A DNA stretch of 63,751 bases, filler included, from Phoronis australis (lineage: Eukaryota > Animalia > Phoronida): the NCBI GenBank assembly GCA_002633005.1. It is 7 parts of 7 records of this genome, joined end to end, with 100 filler letters (N's around TTAATTAATTAA, not from the genome) between each part and the next. Parts side by side here need not be neighbours in the genome. Positions count along the whole stretch, not along the records: positions 1 to 20,247 come from NMRA01000641.1; 6 more parts are not named here. One strand, written 5' to 3'. Both the position numbers and the translations under genes were made by a program. The notes under the pieces were generated by a model. It had not been told where the DNA came from. It was given only the letters and a program-made list of their open reading frames with translations, and did no database searches. Below are positions 1 to 10,823 of the stretch, piece after piece (the stretch's first letter is position 1; the number at the start of each line of letters is the position of its first letter).

Positions 1-879
1 CAAAAAATGAAGTTGTTTTAAATTTTGACGTATAGACTGATTTTTGAAAATCTACTGGTTTTTATATGGACTGCCTATTAAGTTTTGTCATATGCACTGT
101 TTGTTCTAGATTGTAATAGCATAATAGGTGACCATGTGCATGTTTTGTATTCAAGTTGTATAGAATAAAATTGTTTTGAATGTCGCGAATCCAGGATTAA
201 AACTTCATTCAAAAGAGTATGTGGAAAACTGACCCACTGCAGTGAATGCTTGAAGTAAACTTGCAGACTAGTCTTGCACTTGAATCCTGGAGAGTGATTG
301 GTTAAATTTTGAGTTTGAAGACTATTCTAGGCTCTGTATATAAGTCAGGAAGTTTAACACATCAGTGTTGTATAAACAGCACGATAAATATCCAGCAAGT
401 TAAGTTGTCTTATACTGATAGCTTTTACCCGTCTGTTGTTAAAATGTGTTGTCTTTATTGCAGAGTGTGCCTTCAACAATCGTTGGATAAGGAAGGCTAC
501 CCAGACAACGCAACGTAAGCACTTACGAACTGCAGCTCATAAACCTATGAATTCAGTTATCTGAGCTCAGAAACGCGCGTCTGTAGTCACAAAACATGGA
601 TTATTTGCCTGTGAAGCTNGTTTTCACTGCATTGTATGCATGACACTTGATGAACTGATTTTTGAAATGTTTCTGGTTTTTAAGATTTTGATATTGCACT
701 TATGTTCACTTATTTTAAGGAACTAGTGTATTTTAGGCAGTGCATTTTATTTTCTGCAATTAATCACTGTTAATGTAAAGTTAGAACGTTATGAGAATCA
801 TTAAATTTGTTACTGTACTCCACTCTTGTTTTAGTGAAAGTCGAAATTTTTGAATGTCTGTCCTATTGAAACTTATTGC

Positions 880-1264
880 TTTTAGAAAACTTCAGCTTTC
901 AAAAGTTAGTTCCTTGAAAACTTATGTTCGGAAAACTTAGTTTTCAAAAATTTAAGTTTTGATGGCTTATGTTTGTTACTAAGAACTTGTTCCAAAACTT
1001 AAGTTTTCCAAAAACTTAAGTATTTTGGAACAAGTTTTTTGGAACGAACTTAAGTTTTTAAAACTTAAGTTTTCAGAACTTAAGTTTTTGAAAACTTAAG
1101 TTTTTGAAAACTTAAGTTATGAAAACTTAAGTTCGTTCCAAAAAACTTGTTCCAAAATACTTAAGTTTTCGACAAAAACTTATGTTTTCCGGAATGAAAA
1201 CTTAAGTTTTTCAGACCAAAAACTTAAGTTTTTCGATGAAAACTTAAGTTCATTTTTGTATGGG
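880..1264. mobile_element. Non-autonomous DNA-transposon end (CMC/EnSpm-like) with an array of palindromic AAAACTTAAGTTTT subterminal repeats
   Basis: More than 10 copies of AAAACTTAAGTTTT-like units. Perfect 48-bp inverted repeat at 1011-1058/1122-1169. The array ends in TTTTTGTATGGG (reverse complement CCCATACAAAAA), a CCC-type terminus as seen in animal EnSpm-like elements. The left boundary is approximate. Confidence 0.5.
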
Positions 1265-1979
1265 TTGTACTTTTAAACTTGCGATTTTTCAATTCTAAAC
1301 ACACAAAACGCTTGTTACTCCCCGCCAGTGGCTCGGAACCCCATCGGGCCGGTTGTGGGCGACGGGACTTTACATCAACAACATAAACCAGCTTAATTTG
1401 GAAACAAAACATCCAGTCGCGAAAAGACTATAATAGCGAGCAAAAGAAATAATGTGCCATTATTTATTTAGGTGACTTATTTAGGAAATCAAAATCTACT
1501 TATTCGTCAGGGGCCACCGAAGTAAGCTTCCCTTCCACAGAACAGTCAGGGCACAGGTTGTACAGTAACAATGATTTGAATGACAAATTTTCTATATCTA
1601 AAGAAAGATTCCCCAAACATGTGTCCGTAGAATATAACATCGAGTTACTGATTCACAACAGCTTTCTGTCACCAAACACTGAAATAGCATGTGCTCACAC
1701 GGCCTCGGTGCCCGGTCACTTACCTTTATTGCATCTAAAGCCGGTTACGCAGTGGCCTAATTCATTGCTAGCTTGTCAAAACATTTGCACTCACGAATAC
1801 TCCAAAGGCGTTAAAACTTGTATCTGATGAGAGAGACTTTGTTTCAGTTTTCTATGAGCATTGTTTAGCGTGAGAATAATGCAGAATAATAAACGTCTAT
1901 TTGGCAATTCGCCCGGTGTCAATTCCGACTTAGTCGAGAGCTCATCCGGCGAAGACTTCACGGGTCTGATCGTTAGGTT

Positions 1980-2466
1980 TCACAGGCTAACAGTGCGAAC
2001 CGGAATACACTGATCAATAAATACTAGATAGGTGCGGCGAACATGCATAGGCAAGGGAAAGAAGGGATAGTTCATTGGTAAGCCCGAATTCGTCAGAGGA
2101 ATGACTGTCGACGAAATGCCGTCATGGAGATGTTTCACGGTCTTATACTTGCTATTAACAGCGTACTTTTCATTTTTCACTACCGCGAGCCACTGTCTAA
2201 GCATTTCGGGCTCTCGAGGACTTAGAAAAAACGATATACCGGCTTTCTTCGCAGCTTCATAGTTCGAACAAGAGGGAACAATGCACCGCAACATATCAGC
2301 ATTCACTCTGCAGATGAACCACTGACGTTGCTGCGCCGTTTCTCACCTTCCTCACAGGTTAACGCGAGACCTCTCGACAAGGTGAGGTAGACAGTATAAG
2401 AAGCGATGTGGATATAGACCAATTAAGACGGTGCAAAAGAATAATTAAGTCAAGTGGCATTCTCCT
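1980..2466 (-). mobile_element. Kolobok-like transposon 5' end with a degenerate THAP-domain ORF
   Basis: The minus strand begins TTAA|AGGAGAATGCCAC (TTAA target plus AG terminus). ORF 1980-2306 reads MLRCIVPSCSNY...GISFFLSPREPEMLRQWLAVV, a THAP N-terminus (CxVPxC, P, W), but lacks the CxxHF motif. The terminal ~165 bp recur at 60045-60210. Confidence 0.65.
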
Positions 2467-3258
2467 TTAAGCTTAGACTTAGCTGTGGCCTATTGAGTAT
2501 GGGGGCCTAAACAAAAATATTTCTCATCACGTCAAGAATAAAATCCGGACACGTCGCCGGGAGATTTTAGCCACTAACAGGGGCATTTGCAAAGGCCAGG
2601 ACGTTTAAAAAATAAAAACGTTTCGTAAACACGCAAGTTGATGTCAGGCGTGCCAGTTCAATGTCACAGTCAGAAGTCGAACAACACGGTCTAGTTAAAC
2701 CAGAGCACATGTTACGCTACAACGAAAAACTGCAGCCTTCGGTGTATTACCCATTTGTATTTTCATCAGAAATTTTCGTCATGCGGGACTCGGTGACTCT
2801 TTTCATAGCTAATGCGCCAAACACAAGCTAAACGCAAGACAATCGAGTAACGGTCATGACATCGTCAAGACAAGGTAAAAATTACAAAGCCAGTTACACC
2901 AATTCTCCTATCCAAGACTTATAGAGTAGTGATCATCCGTTCAACACTTTAGTGACACGGGAGTTGCGTCGATCCCTAATTAGCGTTTCTAAAATTTTCC
3001 TTGTCCGAAAGTCGCCGACAAAAATCCGAGGTTCATGACATTGTTCGAAATTCGAAGATCATTGAAAAACAGTTTTTGGACCTTGTACGAATTTCGTGGA
3101 CTATGAAAAACTCTTTTCGGAAATATTTATTCTTGGTCGAAGTTGGCGGGCCGTCCGAAAGTCACGCGACTTTACCGTACTGAAAACTACCTATTGCGTT
3201 ATATCAGATTGATTAAAGTAGTAAAAATTTCTCAATATTTTTCGATACATTGTTTCAG

Positions 3259-3576
3259 CGCAAGACATTAATAAAACCGTGGTTGAAGGATGCTACACCA
3301 AAGGCACCATCAGCCAACCGATCCCTTTACTAAGTCGGGCTACAGAAACTTCATTGGGCTTTTCTAAAGCAGAGTTGACACCTAAAATCTGTGAGACATG
3401 GTGTCGAAAAAAAATGATGCCGCTTGTGGGCTTGGAGAATGGAATTCGCTGTTGGTGCGGAAACATGTTGTCTATCAAGACAACCAACCTTGTTGACAAC
3501 GAGTTGTGCTCTACACCTTGTGGTGGCAATGGCAAACTTCTTTGTGGAGGAGAATACCACATGTACATCATGCAAG
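3259..3576 (+). CDS. WSC carbohydrate-binding domain exon (phase 1-1), part of a spliced gene
   Basis: VEGCY...LTPKICETWCRKKMMPLVGLENGIRCWCGN...CSTPCGGNGKLLCGG carries the 8-Cys WSC pattern. Acceptor tgtttcag|3259, donor CAAG|gtaaat at 3576. Read-through would stop at 3611. Confidence 0.8.
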
Positions 3577-4017
3577 GTAAATATCCTAATGTTCGTTTTA
3601 AAACTCAATAAGCCAGAAAAACAAAACAATTACTAATTATAGCCATGTATGATTATCGGAACGATTACTCTTGCATATTCCTATCTGAAATTAAACCGAC
3701 AGAGCAATGTGAGAATAGACGTTCGACTTTCATAAATATTAAAGCTTATCTCCAATGTCATACATAATCGGAACATTCAATTTAATTAAACTTGCTATCG
3801 ACGCGTGACAGTTGCCACCACATCAGCATTTAGATTTCAAGTATCATGGGTTAAATTTATCTTAACGAATGACAAAAAATTGACAATCATTGGAAGAACA
3901 GGTGTATTTTCCCTGCTCTTGATGGACTCGACGGTCGCTCCATTAATCGTCCAGAGTTCAGAGGGTTCTATGACGTTCCTTCACATAAGTCACATTTTTA
4001 CAACATATTTCTTTTAG

Positions 4018-4600
4018 AGCCTTCATGAGAAGGTTTCAATTGTTGGAATAATTTGAAAGAGTGTCATGTGCTAAGTTTATTTGAATGGACAAAATGCTCT
4101 CAGTCCATGTCTAAAATCATTGCCAAAAACGCTGCAATTTCAGCCACAGGGGCGAGGGGAGTGCAGAACATTTTTACCAAACGTGCACAGATCAGCTGTT
4201 CAGTCAGGCCCATAGCACTGTTGTTTTCGTGATAGGAAACGATCTCTTAATCCATGTTTAATCTTGTCATGTTATAACAGCGAAAGAAACCATCATTGAG
4301 CGTCGCAGGTCAACTTGATTCTAGCGTCTAATTTAAGAAGACCATTTTTATAATAATAAACATTACATGTATACGTGTTTCACATAAAAATCTTCATTTT
4401 TTTACTAGTTTCTTCCCGCAATCTTTGCAATTGATTTCCAAACCTTTGGTCCCTCACGATATGAGACGCTAACCCTACACTATTCTAACTGGCGTCCTTG
4501 GGAACTTTCAAATAAAAAACAAGATTGTGTGCTTCATCGTCCCAAAGCCTCAGGACGACGCTGATTCCAGCGGGTTTAACTTTTGAGGATTGGTTCGGGG
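4018..4600 (+). pseudogene. Decayed C-type-lectin-like exons downstream of the WSC exon
   Basis: 4475-4564 reads LHYSNWRPWELSNKKQDCVLHRPKASGRR*, matching the CTL YxNWxPxEPxN..DCV....GxW pattern with W replaced by TGA. The phase-1 acceptor at 4018 leads into a Cys/Trp-containing frame with an early stop. Confidence 0.4.
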
Positions 4601-6039
4601 AAATAGCGATGGTCAATGACCGGCCGCTGCCTTGACTTCATTAAAAAAGGCAGAATCTTATTAATTTCACTGGCATTGATGCTGCTGTATGAAGCAGATG
4701 GCATTCTTTGCTCATCGATTAAAATAAACATTGTTCACGTACTTAGATTATATTTTATTTTAGTACCGAAATTAACATGATCATTGTTACAAGAATTTAG
4801 ACTAAGATTGCTAAAATATGACATTAATTCCTTTTTGCTATTCATTGCACAAATTACTAAGTTGATATTACCTTTATCGTTGGAGATATTCCGTCAATTT
4901 TCGAAAAACATGGATTGGAATCCGGACACATTAGATTTCGCTAAACCAAGCCTCAAATGCGTCAAGCCATAGGCGGCATCTTGATGCTTCGGCACTAGGC
5001 GTGACTTTATGAAAATCCATGATATATTGAAGTCCGTTTTCAGTGAGATATTGTGATATTGCCTACATGTTTGGATATTTCTCACTGTGACTTCACTAAT
5101 GTGAGCCCAGACTTACGAAAAATAAATCAAGAGATTGACTCTGAAAAGAATTGTAATGGTAGTGAAGTGCAGATTGATTCAAGTGGACATAATAACTACA
5201 ATTCCGTGCATTACGGGTAAATAACGCATTCATACATAACAAAGTAATTGCACCCACGAAGAAAAAATGTTTTAATAAACTCATCAGCAATATTCTACTA
5301 TAAACAACGCCCTCCAAAATAGTATGAATCTCAAAGTATTTTCTGTCAATTCGACTCAAATTAGGTGCAATACAGAGCTTTGTAGTTTTGATTTCACTAC
5401 AATATTTACTTAGGCAAAACTAATTTTTAATTAACTGTAATTAAAGTTCAAAAATTTACGTTTCATGTAACAAATAGAATTTCTCACATGGAATATTGCA
5501 TTCTCACATGTAAAACTTGAGTGTTCCATGTGAGATTCCTTCAGTTGATCCATGTTACCTTACAAATGGTACTCCGCATAAGCACTACATTTTGTGATAT
5601 GGGTTTTTCATAGCAAAAAATATTGTAAGTTTTAAGAGACATATTTGAGTTTAGCTGCAATTAATGAAACATTATTGTTTTACGGTTTACTGTTTAAAAC
5701 ACTTAAGTATGATGCCTAATTGTAAACTGATAATGTTTAGAAGACTTCGGTTACTGATAACCAAATTATCAACAAAAGAAATAAATAGTCAACACAATTG
5801 TATCACACTTTTGCTTTATTTACGAAATGGGGGTTGACTTGCACTAATTAATTTGCTTTAAAAATGTTCATTTTCGGGACTTGCACAAAATTGGTAAAAA
5901 CGAAACCTTTTGATCATAGATTATAATCTCCTTCAAGCAGAACCGTGAACTTAGAGAGATAAAAAGGTATCTAAATGTGTGTACTTGGAATATTTTGCTG
6001 TTTTAGTAACAGGAACCACCTCTTATGATATAATGCATT

Positions 6040-6750
6040 AATAGCACTGGCCTGTTTCAAATCAATCAGCATTTTCAAGAAGTCACGAGTGAGGAATTTA
6101 ATGAAACTAACCACTGCACTTTTGATTTTAGAACATTAAACACCATTTAAACTCTCCGAGGTCATCCATATATTGGTCATGAATGTTACATGATCACAAT
6201 TTTGAGTATTTTTATTTTAAAAATTGTGAAATGGCACTTCTGATCTTAAAACTTTCAAGATCGTGCATCAACAATTGTTCTAACTGTCACATTCGTGGCA
6301 CTGGCCTCTAAGTCAGTTCTTGTGTATCTTTATTATGGAGATCATCAAACATCATTTGAATATGTTTTACAATTATACTCAAATTCAAACTTAACTTTAT
6401 TGGCGTACGTAATCTTATTGAGTGATGTGGTGTAAAACTTTTGCGTAGTTGTCATGTGAAATTAAGATAAAAGTGTATACAGAAGACTAGTTTAGTTGGC
6501 AACATTGTATAAATTGAATGAAAAGTGCGATTTGGGACACATTGCACCAATTACTGTTGTCTGTTTTAAATAGCTCTTCATTTCCAAAAAGTCAAATGTG
6601 AGGAATTTGATGAAATATTCCATGGCATTTTTGATTTTAGAACATTAGACATTTTTGAAGCTCTCCGAGAATCTATTTATTGAAAATGAATGTTACGTTC
6701 ATGAAATTGATCCCATCCTTGAATATTAGTATTTTATATTAAAAACTATG
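6040..6750. repeat. Degenerate ~510-bp-period tandem duplication
   Basis: gtgaggaattt.atgaaa...ttttgattttagaacatta...ctctccgag occurs at ~6089-6160 and ~6598-6669. Confidence 0.55.
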
Positions 6751-9700
6751 AAAGTCTATTTTGAACATCCCCAATAACCATACTAAAACTTGCACAGTCA
6801 GCGTATGCTTAAAGATTGTTTATATGCAACCTTTTACGAGTTGTAAAGTGAACACAAAATAAAAATATCAAAACATAGGTGTGTAATTGATACACTGTGT
6901 AATTTGTGGGTGTACATGTACGCTGTATTAAGTACATTCATATGTTTGAGATACTTTTTTAACATAAAATTGTTCCAAGTGATGTATTCCTGATTTTATT
7001 CCATGGAACTTTAAACTTAGGTGACTAGGTAACACTGTTTCCAGCAAAACAGCTCACCCATTTTTCTTGAAACTCGCAATTACTATTACTTCTTTCCTAT
7101 CCCTAACATGATTGTCATGGAAAAACTATTTTGAAAAAATGTAACATAAAGCTGGCATTAATTACAGAGTTGATGTGCATTGTACCTTCTTGACACATTC
7201 AGTTCTTCTGAATTGTGACGAAACATTTTCTGTGTTCAGTACTTTAACACCTTTACTAGGGTTTTTGTTCATATATTATATATTGAAGATTTTAGACAAC
7301 TGTCTGGAACATAATTATACAGATCTTGACTCTATGAGTACTTTGTTACTGGTAATTATGTTAAAATGTAAACCTTCCTGCCATAACAGATAGATTAAAG
7401 TACATGGAATGGATAGAATATATAAGTAGCACATGTGTCCTTTTAAAGGATATTAAGTATCAGTCCACGGATACACCGACCACAGCAAAGCCAAGAAGTG
7501 GCAAGGTGGGGGGTCAGCCATTCGAAGCATTGTTTAGTCTAATAAATCACAATAGGGATTAGAGAAATTGGGTGAAGTATGACACCACACAGTTTAGTAG
7601 TTTAGGAGATACTATGGTAGTCTTCTCGTTGACAAAATGAGGCATTTTCTTGATACGGAGTGAGTCATTTTTTAAAACATTTCTATTGCAGATTCTGCTT
7701 CAGACAGAATCTTTTCAAAATAATTTTCATATCACGTGATAGGTTAATAACCAATAAATGAAAAACGGCACCGACACTAAAATATTGGTTAACATGGTAA
7801 CACTGGAGCTGCTTCCGTGGAGGTAGTTTGCATACTGGTGAAAAAACAGCAGTAAGTTATACCCTTATAGCAAAACTGCACCCACGAGAATAATAACATG
7901 GACATGTAGAATACTCCATGTCCCTGAAATTAAAAAATGTCAGCCCTTCACGCAGGATTGATGATAGAGATTCTAATTTCACTTTTTCATACCGCACATT
8001 TATGTATTTGTCATGTTTAACCAGTCACTAGATGTGCGCCGTTTGTGCGCATTATATTGCCATGCAACAATTAACAGTATTGGTTTGCTTAAACATTTTA
8101 ATGGATTTTAAGGACAGAAGTAGTTCCCATTGAAAAGTGAAATTGTACTAGGTTTGTTCATCTAACTCTCAATACCAAACTAAAGCATACAATATGCGTT
8201 AGTTAAATGATGGCTGATATAAAGTGCAGGTTTGCGAAGCTGGCACTGCCAATCGTATCAAATGTGGTAATTTCACAAATTGCTGAGAGAAACAAGTTTG
8301 AACATTTTTGGCCGAGGTCAAAAACACGGCTCAACATCTCAACACGCCATGGTAAACATGACGTGTAGATTTCCCGCCAGATCCTTAAATGTCACCACTC
8401 TGTCATACAGGAAAGTAATCCCCGGACGATCAACATACTATATCTGCGCTATCACTTATATTTCAGTTCATTTCTGACATCAAGGTTTACCTCAACCAAA
8501 ATCTCGTTGTTGCTACTAGCTGGTGAAGTCGCAGTACAGTTTCTGAAATCTTGCATTTTCCAATATTTTTCAAAATTGTGTCGGGTGTAAATTTCAACTA
8601 ATCATCAAAGACTCCAAAGTCTTTAACCATAATCCTTAACTTTCTTGTTATGACATTGGGTATATAAGATAATGAAATAAGTGAAATCGTCATTGGAAAA
8701 TGTGTTTTGTATCCATATTTCCGGATGATACGGTAATTGCATTGGCTTGAATCCTGAATGTCGTGCCCTCAACCATTATACGCCGGAAGAGAATCCCTCT
8801 TGCGGGCCGGGTTCGAGACCGGCCTCGGTTCCCAACAAATTGTTACCTCACTAGTTAGATAACTAAATGCAATCGTATCGATTTAACGATTGCGCATGTC
8901 CGGAAATTAGGTTGCGCAAAGGCTATTTTGATTGATTAGGGTATATGGAATGGCCGATTAGTTTGCACGACGTGTGATTTGTGTATTAAATTACGCTGCT
9001 GTACGTATTTCTGCCGCTATTCGCCCTAATAAGCGCCCATGCCCAAAAAGTGCCCCAACGCGTTTTCAGACTTTGCTAAAGTAAGCGCCCAGCCCGTGAA
9101 CTACATGGGAAAGTGCCTTACCTACAGTTCTAAAATCCCCAACTTATCAATTGGAAGATCCGACAGTCCTGAATTTGTAGACCACGAGCCTCATTGTTAT
9201 GTCCGCATACACTTCAAACTTACGCCGCGATTCAAAAAGAACGCAAAAGGTTTGCTGCTCTTGCGAGGGATGTGCCCCACTACGCGGGCCTGGACTTTGA
9301 AGAAAGACGCAGCGTACTTGTCAGCGGGATTGCATTGTTTCTTTCCGCTACAGATCTTCTCCCGCCTCAACAGGAATCCAAACTTCTTGATACACGTGAA
9401 AATCGTGAATCGAAAACAAATAAAAAAACTCGACCAGTGTTAGCACGCGGCCAAGAAGCGCGCGCTGCATAATGCACCGGCTGTCATCGAAGACAATTAG
9501 TCGGGAACTATCTATTCATGAAACGTGTAGCGTAACATCGGCAAGAAATAAATATTGGCACTTATTTCCGAAAGTTTCTAATACCGTTAAAACTTTTGTA
9601 TTATTTTGAAGAGAAATTATTTAACTAATCATAATTAGTGTTTTTAAAGTTAAAATGACCCACTGATAGTGAACACATTCACACCCTTACACCCTGAGTC

Positions 9701-10616
9701 TTCCGGAATACACTACGGTCACGCATCCACTCACCCGGCAACTCAATGAGTGACACATCGGTCTTACCGAAACAATTCTCGAACGTTTTTAGCAGAGTGC
9801 AGCCAGCAATTGCTAAATATTAAAACACGCTCTGCTTGACTGCTTGAGTTAATTTCTTGGTTACAATGCACACCTAGATCAATATATTGCATTTACTCTG
9901 ACAAATGAACTCTGATGACAAGCACACGAACGCTTACTCTCACACACCCGCATACAAACTTCAAAACAAACGTCACGTGAACAACAACATGTGTGTTCCT
10001 CCAGAGATTGTTCTCGTGTTGCGGGTTACAATCTAGCGCAGATTTGGACTTAATCTGCAGTTAATCCAGCCTCCATTAGAACTGAAAAATCTTAGAGACG
10101 CTATTTGGAAAACTTTCAGGTAATTTAATGAGACGAAGCTGTATTCTTATTAAAAAATTCAAGCCCCATCGACGGTTGTGCTGACCATTCAAGGCTAATA
10201 TTGTGGTATAAATTAATGTTGCATCTTTCAATTCAGGGATGCGTTTGAATCGATGCACTAGACTAATGTTGTTATGTTGAACACGGTTATTTCTCGAATT
10301 GTTCGAGTTACTGGTTACGGCAAATTCAAGTAACCGCTGAGTGCCATCTTAGTTTCTCCCGCGACCAAGGGCACAGAAGCATGGTTCATGAAAAACTTTC
10401 TACTCTGACGGCATAGAGTTGTCAATTCCTCGCGCTCGTGGCTTGTCTTGACAGCGCGTACGTGCACTATCATCGCATCATCCAACATAACCCACGTCGA
10501 CGCACAGTGAGCTCTCACACAACACCACACCTTTCCGACTTGTCTTGCACACGCACGATTTCTGAACTTAGTCATCAACCTGACTGCATTTCCAGATTCG
10601 GTTGCCATCGAAGATT

Positions 10617-10823
10617 ACAGCACACATCACGAATTTTTGGCCGACCGGTCGGAAATTGGTCGACGACCGGCCGTCGACCGGTCGGCAAATTAGCCGACCG
10701 GTCGGCTACGCCGACCGGCAGCCGCCCGCAGTGCCGATTCATGAGGCGACCCCACAGCCGACCGGCCATCAGACGACCAGCTGGTCGGCTGCTATTGTTA
10801 GGCTAGAGTAGCAGTTGCGTAAT
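10617..10823. repeat. Interspersed ~210-bp GC-rich repeat built from CGACCGGTCG palindromes (copy 1)
   Basis: Starts cagcacacatcacga and ends gtagcagttgcgtaat. Homologous at both ends to 16948-17145. Confidence 0.8.

Noticed and set aside
8720-8835. tRNA-Sec-like or tRNA-Ser/Leu-like sequence
   Set aside because: Only a T-arm-like hairpin (GGCCGG-GTTCGAGA-CCGGCC) and scattered similarity; no complete cloverleaf.
10315-10811. Overlapping Arg/Pro-rich ORFs on both strands
   Set aside because: By-product of a GC-rich palindromic repeat.
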